NCBI RefSeq assembly: GCF_001194135.2
Contig: NC_068982.1
Span: 169,015,887-169,079,886, forward strand
Length of the DNA: 64,000 nucleotides
Reading direction: 5' to 3'
Source: Octopus bimaculoides
Lineage: Eukaryota
The position numbers and the translations under genes were made by a program. Below, piece after piece: positions 30,066-43,984 of this stretch. Numbering within the stretch: the stretch's first letter is position 1; the number at the start of each line of letters is the position of its first letter. The notes under the pieces are model-generated. The model was given only the letters and a program-made list of their open reading frames with translations, searched no databases and was not told the DNA's origin.

Positions 30066-32409
30066 TTAAAGCACATTTCCATTTTCGTCATAAACACACA
30101 TATTTATTTCCTATTTTCTTCACTACTCATACACACACATAGCTATTTCCTTTTTTTTTTTTCAACACTTATAAATACCCTATTTTTATCAATTTATCAT
30201 ATGGCCTTTAATTTAGGAAATGTTCAATTTTCCTCTCTATTACAATGCTTACTCAACCTATTCCACTGCAATGTCTATTTCCCTCACATACAACATAAAT
30301 TCAGAAGTACCACATAATACCAACAAAGCTTAACTCTTACTGCTGCACCTATTTTGGCTATTACAAATCAATGCTTTCACTATTAATTCAAGCAGACACT
30401 TATAAATAGTAACTAAAAACAATGCTTACATTCATAACTCTTTTCTCTACTTACAACTTAAAAACACAGTTAACAGTTGCATCTTTAAAACGTTTTTACT
30501 TTTATTTTGCTTTTCAATATTTGTCTGGGAGAGCAACTAACTTCCTCTGCTAAATAACACTTGTGTTAACCTAAAGCATTATGACACACAACTGATGACT
30601 TCATATACACTACTTTGCACACAAATACCATTACTCCACCACCAGCAACAACCTAAATATCTAACAATCAAGCCACTGCTTTTGTCTCATTTGTTTGCTT
30701 GGTTGATTGATTGATTATTGGTGTGTCTGCTCTTGTAAGTCAGAAACTACTGAAGCTAGAAAATCAACATTATTTATTAACGATTACTAAGTGAAAAATG
30801 TTTTTCAAACTTTGCTATTTTAGTAAGTTATTTGCAAATTAAAAGTACACAGGCCAGTATTTGTCCAATAATGAAGTCTCATGGTGAAGTGTTCAACCAA
30901 AGCTTTATTTATACAACTGATAGCCAAAACCCCCAATATCAAACTTCTAGCCACCCTCTTCAGTACTGATTATTAGACCATAATATCAACATGACAGCAA
31001 ATATGTAAAACACGCAACCTACAACAACATGAATGCTATATCTTGCTCTTCCTTTTATACTACATTTGACTGATAGCATCTTTTGTTTTTCAAACTCATA
31101 TCTATTACGGACAAGTTTTTTGCTTTTTCGTTTTTTAATTCATCTTGTTTGGACATGGACTAATTTTCAAACTCATCTGAGGATATAAAAGTTGGCTGCA
31201 CTTGCACTCAAAGTTGGTTGCAATTATAGAAACCAGCTCATGTATATACTGAGATGCTAGAAAATAATGCCAAAATTCATAGAACCCAGGAAAGGGAGGA
31301 ATGGTTTGGCAGGTGGCTAAGTGGTCAGGGTGTTGCAATTCCTGGATGGGGATGATAAGTTTTGTTCTTGAGCAAAACATCTCATTTCACATTGCTCTCT
31401 AGTGCTGTGTGGGAACCAGCATATCAAAGAATAGACCCGTTTCTTCTGCATGTTGTAAAATGCAACTAAAAGTGGTTGAGATAGGATTTGCACTCCGACC
31501 CCATAAAACCCTCACCAGCAACCCAAAACAGATCCATGAGTTGAAGGGTCGTCGCCAGAATGGTGCAAAGTTGTCATCTGCTAGAAGTAGGGAATCACCA
31601 ACAAGTGAGGGATTCAGTAATGTGCTGTTAGAGCACATGCCCCCATACTACTACTACTACTAATGCTTAATTTTTTACTCAAACAAGACAAAATCAGTTG
31701 AGAGGCAGATCTAAGGGATAAAAAATTGAATGGAAGTTTGCTCTATTTTAATATTTGTTTTTCAATCTATGATAGCCAAGACACATTTTAACACTATTGT
31801 ACAACACTACCAAGTAAAATAATGCTAGATGTGTGTGCGCGCACACACACACACACACCCTTGTTAAAATACAAATGCTATTTTTGTCATCCTCCATGAA
31901 AACATTCTAGCCAATACCATTTTAAAAGTGATTTGTATCTATGCAATATATAGAATGAACTGGCTTTGAGAAGAATGACCAAGTGACCTAGCAGCAACTG
32001 CAGCAAAGTTGTACGTGTAGCATAAAGATAGGACATTGTATTTGATGATAACCAAATGTATTGTGGACAGGAGCTGTTATAATAGACAGAGAATCCTATC
32101 TGGGTTGTTGAAGTAGAGATTACATTCAAGTTCTGTAGCATGCTAACAGCTTTGTAGTATCTAAAATCCAAAATATAGAAATATCTCAACTTTTTTTTTT
32201 ATACCAACCAGCCTGAAACAGCTCCTGGCTCCAATACTGACTTCCTGTTTGAAAGTGATCTAAATTAGAATCTTCCATGAAAATTTCACATTAATTTGTT
32301 CAAAACACCAGGTTAATAATAACAACCAAGCTATTTTACTAAATTCTTCATTATTTTTCAAAATTAACTGAAACAAAGGCAGTGGAATTCAATGGAAATA
32401 TGATGATCA

Positions 32410-33030
32410 TCATCATCATCACTATTTAACGTCTGTTTTCCATGCTGACATGGGTTGGACAGTTTGACTGGAAACTGGTAATCTTATTTGGTATGGTTTC
32501 TATGGTTGTATGCTTTTCTAATGCCAACCACTCCAAGAGTGCAATGAATGGGTTTTATGTGTGACCAGGACATGTGCTTTTACATGCCACCAGCATGGGT
32601 GCCAGTTACACAAAACTGGCATCGGCCATGACTACGATCTCACTTGGCTTGACACGTGTTCTCAAACATGGTGTAGCGCCAAAGACCTCAGTCACTTGTC
32701 ACTGCCTATGTGAGACCCCACATTCGAATGCTTTTTACGTGCCACTGGTATCGGCCAGGACTACGATTTCACTTGGACTGACAGGTCTTCTCAAGCACGG
32801 CATATCACCCAACATTTGAGGTGGTCTTTATATGCCAGTTACACGACTATTTCATTTGGCTTGATGGGTCTTCTCAAGCATGGTATATAACCAAAGCTCT
32901 CATTCACTTGTCATTGCTGCCATGAGGCCTAACATTCAAAGATCATGCTTCCCCAGCTCAACCCATGTCTTCCTGGGTCTACCTCTTTGACAGGTTCCCT
33001 CCAGAGTTTGGTACTTCTTCCCACAGCTGT
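32410..33030 (-). mobile_element. RTE 3'-end fragment
   Basis: catcatcatc...tttaacgtctgttttccatgc tail plus ggtcttctcaagcac repeats shared with 15450-15600. Confidence 0.7.
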
Positions 33031-35726
33031 CCTCATCCATATGCATGAAAGGTTTTAAGTAGCTACATTGCCGGGACAAAAAAAAGTTCTCTGCTTGGAT
33101 CTGCTAAATAGTGAAGTTATGTTGTTGTCTACATTAGTGCAAGCCAGCTGAGCAGCATTTACAAATATTACCATTCACAGACATCATACTTGCCAATGTC
33201 ATGATGTTAACAATACTTCAGTATTTGATTGATTACATTCCAACTGTTTACAAAAAGTGACATTCAAAGCTAACAATATTTATAGCTATTTACTTTCCTG
33301 TAGATCATAGTCATTTTCTGGGGTTGTGTTCTTAGGTTATTTTAGCAGTCTGATATATGAATAGAGTTATTCAGTTGAATAAGGTGTTGGGAGGAGAAGG
33401 ACACTTTGTAACAACAGCTTCCTTGGATAAACTCTTTACAGTAAGACTACAGTTAGACTTGATAGAAATCATATATCTAAATTTTGTTTTAAGGTACATT
33501 TTATTTCATTAGTATATTCTCGTACATTTCTCCTCCTCTCAAAAGATGTTTAGTCAACTTTCAAGTTCATAAAGAAAAGAAAATATGAATTACTCAAAAG
33601 ATATTTTCACATGGATGTGGAAGAAGGATACATTACTTTTAGAGTTAAGATATTTTTGTTCATTTCATCAAGTGTAGCTATGACTTCTGTACAACTGTCA
33701 TTAAAATGTGTCTGGAAAGTATTTATTCACACCCAAAAATGCATGTCTCGCAGTGGAGTAAAGCCATAGTCATACATGGTTTTTTTACCTCTGCATAACC
33801 CAAGCTCCCTGCATCAAACTGGAAGCCATGTTTAATAATACTTATCACATTGGTTAAGTCACATGACACACCAAACATATAAAACATGAACTACAACACC
33901 ATTATTGCAAGAACAAGCAATAGGGTCTATATGTAAGAAAAAAATCAATTTCATGACAGAAGGTAATGGAAATAAGTTCATACACATAGGTACATTGCAG
34001 GGCAATGTATATTCAAATAATGACCACTAATATTTGTTAGAAGTGGTTGCTCACACTGAATATCAGTATACTTGCCTATTTTAGTGGTGCATGAAATAAA
34101 CCCTCTTAAATTGAAGAATTGTTTAGTCTCAAGCCAACTAACTGAGCAAAGGCAAACCAGCCACATTATTCCTATCTCACTTTTTTTTTTTAAATTTTGT
34201 ATCTAAGTCTAGAATATATAATGCTTCTTTTGTTTTTCAAATGAAAGGTGTGATCTGCTGCTATTTCATATAGGTCAAGTGAATATAAAGCTCCCACTTT
34301 GACTTAATGAAGACTTATGATAATCAAGTGTGTGTGTGTGTGAGAGAGAGAGAAAGAGACATATGAATTGTTATTTAGAAGTTACGTGAAATACTCCTAA
34401 TGTAAAGCAAAAGGAAGTTCTAAGTAGTCAATAGCTTTCAGTTTGCTTTCATATTCTTTTACTACTATTATGGACTGTGCCATGCTGGAACATTGCCATC
34501 ATTTAAATTTTTGGTGGAATGGGAAATGTTTAAGCTGAAATGGAAACTAAATTAGCTACCTGACAGAAATTTGCACTCATCTATTCAGTTCTGGTAGACT
34601 CATCAAATTCATGAACATCAAAAGTAAACCACAGATGAAGTTTATAGAGAACACAATACTCTATATGTGTATCAGCATTACAATAAAGGTCTACGTTCAG
34701 ATTTTTAAAAATTAACATCATATATCAAGTATGTTCAAAGAGAAACTTGATGGGAGTTAAAAGTACATATTAAAAAAAGAAAGGGGGAGGAATAAGAGCA
34801 ATTTAATAAACCAGCAGCTTAGGGGTTAAATCCTTCTGTCTATGTATGAAGAACTTATAGAAATTTGTAAAAACCCAGATGGTAGTTTAGCGTTAATAAT
34901 GAAGTGCAAAATTTACATAGCATATTGATTTAACACTTTTGATATCAACCCACCTGAAACAGCTCTTTGTAACAAGGTGATCTAAATTGAAGCTTTCCAT
35001 AAAAATATCAAAAATTCATGTTAATATGTTTCAAATCATTAAAGTTATTCTATACTTCATTATTTTCAAAATTAACTAAAACAAAGGCAATATATTTCAA
35101 AAGAAATAAGCGAAAGGGGTAATATATGTAAAAATACATCTAAAAAAGCAATTTAAAATGTACTTAGGAAGTTTCTACAGCAAGACTAAATATTTTGGCT
35201 ACAGTCCAATGTCTGAGACCAGCAAAAAAAAAATATCAAAATTAATTTGTACACTATTGTAATTTCAATTAGCAAAGGAGAAAAAATTCTTTACATGTCT
35301 ACTTCATCTGTTCACTCAACTCTTAAATCTACTTTATTTCATTATGTCTGCCTACCTTCATCTACCCTACAAGCATTATGAAAACCTCTCCCTCAGCGCT
35401 CCACATGTTCATTCATACCAACTATATAAAATAGTGGATATCTCTTATGGATGTCCTCAATTACTTTGAACTTAATCTCTCGCACATCCCAAATAACACA
35501 TATTCATTCCACTTTAGACATCTTGAGTCTCTTGGTGAAATTTCAAGAGATTCCAAATCATGCAGAAATTATAATTGCTATTTTCACATAAACTATCAAA
35601 ATTCAAGCTATAATCTGACACTTTATATAGAAGAATTGACATCAATAATATTTTCTGTTTGTCATTCAATGCCTTAACATGAATACAAAGTTATTCAAAT
35701 AAAGACAACCTTCCTGCAAAGAATAT

Positions 35727-35763
<37 letters not shown>

Positions 35764-35833
35764 TGTAAGTTTAGAGGGAATACTTGATAAGTGTAAGCAC
35801 CTGTATATGCCAGATAGTGGCAGAGGTGAGAGA

Positions 35834-35919
35834 ATATATCAAACATAAATTAAAACCAAAACACAAAGGATTTCCCGCGATGTCCTTTGTGTTCTGGTTT
35901 TAATTTATGTTTGATATAT
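35834..35919. repeat. 37-bp near-perfect inverted repeat with a 12-nt loop (mini-MITE-like hairpin)
   Basis: Arms 35834-35870 and 35883-35919 match 36/37; TA-rich ends. Confidence 0.9.
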
Positions 35920-36271
35920 ATATATTGTGTGAGTGTGTATTTATACATATCTTCTCAACTTAAGAATTTGTAAATCCTAAATATCTGCAACAATTAGCCT
36001 TTGCCTAATATTCATCTGTTGTGCATGTAATTAAGGAACTTTTACAAAGCACTCACTTCAAGAATCTTGCCACTTGCTATATTTATTTAATTTATAGAAA
36101 TCAGGTTCAGTTTAACCACACTGCATTAAACATTAAGCAGGTTAGCTCAAAGCAGACAGACTTTACATGACAACTGCTTGACATTAAATACCACATCTGT
36201 TCATGCCTTGAAAACTGCTGTGCTGCTCAGCTAATTTCAACTAATTAGAGCTATTCAAATTAAACAACAAC

Positions 36272-36610
36272 TGTACTCATCTCACTCACCCACCTTTATA
36301 CATTCTATTCCTTCCTACACAATTTATAAACGCAACTATTCCTCTCTAAATGATCACAGATTCCAGTAATACCAAAAAAATGTTATAAAAATAAAATCCA
36401 AATTTTATTACATTTTTTTTTATTACTATCCATATTTTTTTTATTTCATTATATCACTAGTCTCACTCACCAAACTTTATACATTTCTACTGCTATACAA
36501 TTTATAAACAACTATTCCTGTCTAAACGATCACAAGTTCCAATTATACAAACTACAAAGTTAAAATAAAATCAAAATTTTCTTCATTTTTTTTTTTATAA
36601 CTATACATTT
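36272..36610. repeat. Diverged ~180-bp tandem duplication
   Basis: tctcactcacc..ctttataca...caatttataaac..actattcct.tctaaa.gatcaca recurs near 36279 and 36461. Confidence 0.75.
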
Positions 36611-39600
36611 TACTCTGTTTGCCAGAGTATGAGCTTCATTTTCAAGTGGGAAAGGAAAAACTTGTTTTCACAGGAGTGGAAGCTGCTTTTGTCAGTCATG
36701 CAAACTACAGCACATGAAGCCCCAAACCATCCCTGATTTAATAAAGCTATGATCAAAAGTGCTCCTGCTTTGATCATCTTGTGTTTTCCTTTGCTTTGTT
36801 TTTTTTCCAGATATTGCATAACTAATACTACACTATTCAAGATAGTTGCAGACATTCTTTTTAAGATAGGAAGACATCTGGTTGCTCAACTTGCTATTGT
36901 ATATAGAGAAGAATTATAAGCACAACAAAATGAACATCTTTTCTGCAAAACACTAAAGACCTATGAAACAAATCAAGGATATTATATAGTCCATATATAG
37001 TTAGAAAATTTACACACTAGAAAATTTAATGAGAGAAAAACCTAGTGAAAGATGGCAGCTCTGCTGATTCAAACACTGAGGTAAAGAACCTAGCTATGGG
37101 TCTCCAAAACCAACATTTTTTTTCATTCAATTTGGGCAACTGGAGAATAGTAGCTGCTCCCAACTGATGTTTGGAATCATGATAAATGAAACCACTGGAC
37201 ATTAGTTCACAATGTGTAGTCATTGATAAAATCAGAAGCCAATATTACCACCTTTATGAAAACAAGTCCTACCACTATCCTTATAGGAGACAAGGTCACT
37301 CACAATGTCATCTTTTCTGTTACAATGCAAGAGAAGTTTCAGGTGTGAACAAGTCATAAATAAGTCATGTATCTCAAAACTTATATACCCACAGCTAACC
37401 AAATGATTCAAAAATCAATATTATGAAACCTTTCATATAAATGCCACATTTACCAAAATTTGGTTGGTTTTCTAAATATTTTATTTATGACACAGATCAT
37501 TAACTGTGCAGCAACCTCAACCATAACAGAATTTTAAGCACTAAATAGTTTACACTGGCTGTACTAAATTAGATAGAAGAGGAAATACAAAATCTGCAAG
37601 ATAATATAAACATAACCTATACACATTATGTTGTTAAATTTAGGTCTTCAAGGAGAAATTTCTTTAATTTCCAGAATTTCATAGAAAAAGTGTGTTAAGA
37701 AAATTATCATTGAACAATAAATATTCACAGGCCCTGTTAAGAAGCATTTTTTTAAAAAGGATTAATCATATCATTCAAGCTAAATTTGTATTTGTCTTAT
37801 AAAACAGATTTTTTTTATAGTTTAGTCTCAACAAAAGCATTCAAGCCACGAATATTCTCCATTCTGTATTTAGAGGGAAATGTAAGACTACATTGTCTAA
37901 GGCAAGTCCTATTTCTCACAAGTGGAGCAATCAGCTAGACTCCCTCATTAGCTGGTAATTTGTATAAGTGTATTTCCATGGTGTAGTAGGTTAGACAAAA
38001 AATACAAATAGAATCATTTACATAAATTGCTAGAGCAGTGTAACAACTGGCTGCTTTATTTTTAAAATTCCAAGCAATCTACCGTGAAGTAATAATGAAT
38101 CCTATTTTCCAGATAGCTTGACTAATAAACTCTTTTGATAGCAACCTGTTTGACTTATTACCATTACACTTGCCTTAAAAATTACACACTTAAAAGTCTT
38201 AATCAAAATCTCATTATTACGTAAATGATAATCCAGAATTTTTGTAGGTTAAAAAGTTCTATTACATTTGTGTACATGAATTTCTTTGTAACTTATATTC
38301 TTCATACCAATTTAATACAATGACAAAAAAAATTATTTTACTAAATCCTCTCAAATTCTAACTTATTTTAAAAATAGAGAGATTAGAGTGTTTTCTCATA
38401 AGAAAGTATAAAACAGTTAAATGCACAAACAGCAACAATACAAATCAAACCCCTGAACTTCAAATCAATAACACAATCTTATATTGATGGTTGTGTGATC
38501 AAAGTAACTGACCAAAGTAATTAATAAACACACATACACCTGTTTGAGAGAGGTTAGAAATAGAGACCAAATCTCCAAAATCACAGATAAAATAGTTCCA
38601 CATACCCTTCAAAAAAAAAAGGGATCCCCACAGCTGACCTAAGGCTAAACAAGCATTATTGTGGCTTTGACATGTCTGCAAAGTGCTTTTTCTTTCTTAT
38701 ATTCAGTAATCTCTGAATAAATATTGTATTAAATATCCACCTTGACATCCTTACTACCACCAACCAGTTTCACATCACCTAAGACTTTTCAGTAAAACTC
38801 TTTTCCTCTTCATATACCCAGAGGAGCCACAAGTATATATATATATATATATATATATAGATAGATAGATTCAGATGAATTAGGTACTTAGGTTGAGGTT
38901 TTAGGTAAAATTATACTAATATGTCCATCTGTTTTAATTTAATTCTGTCTTTATGCAGCTGAGGATTGCTCTGCATTTAAATTGATGTAATGATTGCATT
39001 GTTCAATTAAATGGAGTTGCTTGAAACGATCATACTGCTTTACCTCTGGATATCCTTGTGGCTTATTTTGATTATATATATATTGACATATCTAAGTTAC
39101 ATAAAAAAAAATAGGGACTATTGATCAAATAGTTAAGATTCAAACTTAACTAAAGTCATTTTGTTATAGACAAAGCAAACTTTGATTTTAATCAGCACAC
39201 TTTTCATACATTTAGATGTTTATAAAAAAATTTTTAAAACATTTTTACATAAACAGACAAGCTACTAAAATATTAACCCAAAAGCTGAATCCCCATCATA
39301 TGGTTTCTCATCATTTAGTACCTGAATTCCAAGCTGGCATAAGTTGGATGATTTGACAAAATCCAGGTCAGAGGATTGTGGTGAGCTCCAGTGTCTGTTT
39401 TGCCATCGTTTCTATGGCTGGATGCCTTTCCTAATACCAATCACTTTACAGAGTGTATTGGGTACTTTTTCATGCTGCCAGCTCTACCGAGATCACAGAG
39501 TAGCCTGCAAGACAAGACTCCTTGATTGAGGGAATGTAATCCTGAGGGAGTTGGCTTATGTCAGACGTTGAGAGGCAAGAGTATGATAAAAAGGTAAGAA

Positions 39601-41285
39601 AAGGTGTCTTACTGTAGGGGAGCTACAGGGCTACTCCAGCCAGAAAAGGAAAGAGGATGGTGGTAAGAGTTGTCAGGACATATCCTCAAGGTACGTTTTG
39701 TATTTATATTCTTGCACACACAAATTTGTAGATGCAGAATGGCTAAATGGTTAAGTGCACTTTACAATTATGAAGTCCCAATTTCAATCCCACTATATGG
39801 CATGCTGGATAAATGTCATCTATAAGTGTTAGCTCCTGCTAAACCGTTCAAACTCACGCCAGCATGGAAAGCGAACGTTAACTGATGATGATGATGATAT
39901 ACATACATACATACATACACACACATATACATACATACACAAATACATGACTTTCGACATAAGGAGTGCATGTACATATACAACACGGAGAAGTGTATGC
40001 ACTCAAGTTGTAGTTTGAAAATAGCAAGCTTTCTCACAATAACACGTCTTAAAGAAAATCTACAATGATGTTGAGAGGAAGAAACAAGAGACAAAAGGAT
40101 ATATGTTTGTACATGCGTGAGAAAACGTGAATTATTACAATTGAGGCAAAGTAACAACATAACAAAGGGAAGTTCATTATGATGTAATAGCATTCTAATA
40201 ATAAAAAAAACAACTAACAAGCCCATATCTGAACTATCGACAGGATTATATATATATACAAACACACGATCTCCCTACCTACCCAATGAAACATTTGTAA
40301 TCTCACAGAAGAATGCTCAAACTACCGCAAACCATTCTGTTCCATGACAATGTCACACGAGCTCATCACGACAGTCTTTGCATGTATGTGTGTATTTGTT
40401 TTCCAAGAGGAGAGAGCGTCTTTGTGTACTTAGCTGAAGTGCGTGCACATATGCATATATGAAGTACATTAAATCTCACAAGTTACCTGTAATTAATTTA
40501 ATGTACATGGTGAACAAAGAGCTAGGCATGTCGTAAACGCACTTGGAAGAGTCATGAAACATGGGTTTCACATTATTTTCTTCGTGCGAATCATTACTAG
40601 ACGATCACACCATTTTAAAGCAATGCCGGTAACATCCCTAAAATCCGCCATAGCTACATTTGTTAAGGAAATCCAAAAATACTAAATATATCCGTTTGTT
40701 TTTAAAAAAATAAACCAACAAAATGAATTTCTCCAATGCAAATATATAGTAGTTAAAATTCGAATTAAATAAAAGCCAAACTTATCCTTCGACACAATTT
40801 CCCCCCATTTCTAACGGGCATGAGGTAGTAAAAAATAAGTCAATTTCTGTCTATACTTAATGATTTTTACGAAATAACTTCGGAGTTTTAAAGCCAAACT
40901 TTTTCTTCGATATCAACGGATGGATAGATATATCAGTGCCCCCACACACACACACATATGTATGAGATGGTGCAGTTGAGCTAAACGAAATAAGAGAGAG
41001 AGCAGCACTCAATTGCAGTAGCTTGTATAGAGTGATACTTAAAACTATGGTGGCAAAATTATGTAATTATGTTTACAAAACATACAGCAATTAGTCTTTA
41101 CGAAAAAAAGAATTTTCTCGTAAGTATAGTGAACACATGTATATAAAACTCGATTTCTGACGGCAAGGCATTTCGACTAGACTATTCATCACACATTGTT
41201 AGAATAAATCGTAGGATTTCATAAAATATTGTTTAATGCACAAGATATTTTTGAGAAACAACGAATACACAATGGTTTCTCTCTC

Positions 41286-41288
41286 TTT

Positions 41289-41349
<61 letters not shown>
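41286..41349. repeat. (AT)n microsatellite
   Basis: Directly visible. Confidence 0.95.
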
Positions 41350-41351
<2 letters not shown>

Positions 41352-41390
41352 GCATATGCTCAGATATCATTTGTATTATATATAGGCATA

Positions 41391-42008
41391 CCTACATAAG
41401 TGTGCCCCCTGACTTTGTTTCCTCATAACTTCCAGAAAAATGGATATTTTTTTTATTAAATTTTCTACAAGTATGTTTTAGATGGTGTAGATTCCGATTA
41501 TATGGGAAATTGCACAAAAGAGTTTCGAAGAATTCACCCGGGTTGGCTTTGTTACCTCATAACTTTCAGAAAAATCTATATTTTTTTATATTTTCTACAA
41601 ATACCTTTCAGAATGTATAGATATCAATTAAAAAGAAGAAAAAATGGTGAGCTCATTACATATCTACAAAATGAAACTTGAAATTTTGACAATTAATAAT
41701 GATGTATGTTTGTGTGTATATGTTCATCATTTTTCTTTACAAAATCTTATATAATTTACACACTCTGAAAGATATTTGAAGAAAATTTCATTTAAAAATA
41801 TCAATTTTTCTTAAAGTCATGAGGAGACAAAGCGACTCGTGTGAATTTTCTGAAATTCCTCTCCCCACTCTAGGGGAAAAAATTTTCACAACAAATTCCG
41901 ATAAAATCGGAATTTACACCATCTGAAGTGTATTTGTAGGGAATTTCATTAAAAAAAAAATTTCTGTAAGTTATGAGGAAACAAAGTCGGGGGCACACTT
42001 GTGTAGGC
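41391..42008. mobile_element. Foldback MITE with long TIRs and subterminal repeats
   Basis: cctaca.aagtgtgcccc(t)gactttgtttcctcataactt at the left end, its reverse complement at ~41967-42008; the internal unit ctttgtt.cctcataactt.cagaaaaat repeats. Confidence 0.85.
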
Positions 42009-42557
42009 AGATACATATATAAACACATACGTGCGTAAATATATAAGCAGTTTTTCAGATACATATATTACAAGTTTCTTATATACATACGCATATAAAC
42101 ATATTGATCAGTTTCTCATATAATGTATATACACACTGACCAGTTTACATATGTCATACACACACATATTGATTAGCTGCTTTTACAATTTATATATACA
42201 TTCGTATAGTTTCTTTTATACACACACACACACACACACACACATACATATATATATACACACACACACGATTTCTAAGTGAGAATTTCTTAACAAAAGC
42301 AAATAGAAAGATAGACATTCTCAAATTCGAGATCCTTAGAAACTACTTCAAATTAAGGGGGAACTGCTTTGTGTTATTTTACACACATTTGCATAAGACA
42401 TTTATGTATATTTGCATTAAGGAGGAGAACAAAGAAAAAAATGAAAAGCCTGAAGAAGTGGTAATGAAAACAGATACAAGAATAGAGAGAATGAAGCAAA
42501 AAAAAAAAATTGAAAACTGAACCCCCACTTTGTAACCACACAATTTCCCGACAAATT

Positions 42558-42567
42558 CGGCCATCTT
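42558..42567 (-). promoter_or_regulatory. YY1-like motif (AAGATGGCCG) near the start of DHX15 intron 1
   Basis: Match to the YY1 consensus AANATGGC, ~125 nt downstream of the exon 1 donor; motif match only. Confidence 0.35.
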
Positions 42568-42691
42568 TATCGTAACTTTTTAAGAGCGCAAGGAAAAAGT
42601 TTGCAGATTACAAAACAGGCTAAAGTACATTAAAAATACAAAGAAAAGTGAAAATTAGTCTTGCAAATAATAGTATTTTAACAAAACGTAC

Positions 42692-42741
42692 CTATTCCGC
42701 TTCGAAGATGAATCACCAACGTCAATACGACGCTTAGACAT
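42692..42741 (-). CDS. DHX15: DHX15 coding exon 1
   Basis: ATG TCT AAG CGT CGT ATT GAC GTT GGT GAT = MSKRRIDVGDSSSKRN, similar to vertebrate MSKRHRLDLG; AG|gtacgt donor; 50 nt, phase 2. Confidence 0.9.
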
Positions 42742-43104
42742 TTCCACGCCACACGGAGTGGAGAAGGCGGAACATTAGAGAATTATGGGTAAAGTTTTCA
42801 ACACCTTCTTCACAACCAAGTGACTTGTTAATCTACCAACAACTTCCTGTTAAGATAATATGCCTCACTATAGTAACAACTACTAATTGCTATTAAGCGG
42901 TTTTGTTCTTTTTATTTGGTTGGTTTCAATTTCATTTTAACATTTACTGTATACGAACGTTTACACGCGCATACAAAAGCATAAATATATCGTTTAGTGT
43001 TGACTGTCGGAAGAAATAGTACTCGATGCCTTTCTTTGAGATTAATATTTTATTTTGATCGAGTCAGTTGTGCTTGTGGGTGCACAGCCATATATATATA
43101 TATA

Positions 43105-43578
43105 NNNNNNNNNNNNNNNNNNNNNNNNNNNNNNNNNNNNNNNNNNNNNNNNNNNNNNNNNNNNNNNNNNNNNNNNNNNNNNNNNNNNNNNNNNNNNNNN
43201 NNNNNNNNNNNNNNNNNNNNNNNNNNNNNNNNNNNNNNNNNNNNNNNNNNNNNNNNNNNNNNNNNNNNNNNNNNNNNNNNNNNNNNNNNNNNNNNNNNNN
43301 NNNNNNNNNNNNNNNNNNNNNNNNNNNNNNNNNNNNNNNNNNNNNNNNNNNNNNNNNNNNNNNNNNNNNNNNNNNNNNNNNNNNNNNNNNNNNNNNNNNN
43401 NNNNNNNNNNNNNNNNNNNNNNNNNNNNNNNNNNNNNNNNNNNNNNNNNNNNNNNNNNNNNNNNNNNNNNNNNNNNNNNNNNNNNNNNNNNNNNNNNNNN
43501 NNNNNNNNNNNNNNNNNNNNNNNNNNNNNNNNNNNNNNNNNNNNNNNNNNNNNNNNNNNNNNNNNNNNNNNNNNNNNN
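43105..43578. other. Assembly gap (N run) flanked by (AT)n; other gaps at 21110-21138, 49748-49757, 51712-51919
   Basis: N characters. Confidence 0.99.
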
Positions 43579-43984
43579 ATATATATATATATATAATTAT
43601 AATTATAAACTGCGGTTTAAACAATAAATTACCTGCCTCTGGATACCTTCTAACGAAGACGGTACCCACACAAGTAATCTCCAGGAGTGCCTTTGGATTT
43701 AACTATCCCCTGGTTGGTTAGATACTTCAGACTACCCCTGAAATATTGAAGCAATCCTATCATTTACCTATATACATATTAAAAATGGTTTACCATAGGT
43801 TTCCCGTTCATAAAGGGTTTAGCTTTATGGCGTATCGTCAGATCCCCAAAACCTGTTGGCCCATGACCTCTTAAAAATATATACTGCTCTATATATTTTA
43901 GAGTGTGTTCTTTCGGATTTATGGTTTTTACAAACGATATATATATATATACACACATACTTGTGATGTTGGAGGGGCATACAA

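Noticed and set aside
31135-31663. GC-richer patch with 79-84 aa ORFs as a nested gene
   Set aside because: No recognisable domain or consistent splice structure; contains a SINE-tail-like piece (reverse ttgctcaagaacaaaac).
40290-40370. Possible C/D snoRNA (GUGAUGA on the minus strand) in DHX15 intron 1
   Set aside because: No downstream CUGA box D or terminal stem. Other UGAUGA...CUGA pairs (e.g. 17526-17560, 61010-61036) are too short. No snoRNA could be supported by eye; a covariance-model search is still warranted.
42379-42564. ORF MAEFVGKLCGYK... as the DHX15 start or an alternative first exon
   Set aside because: No good donor and no DHX15 similarity; the true-looking start (MSKRRIDVG) is at 42741. 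The ATG is part of a YY1-like motif.
42997-43721. Long ORFs in the supplied track
   Set aside because: Artefacts of the N gap (poly-X).
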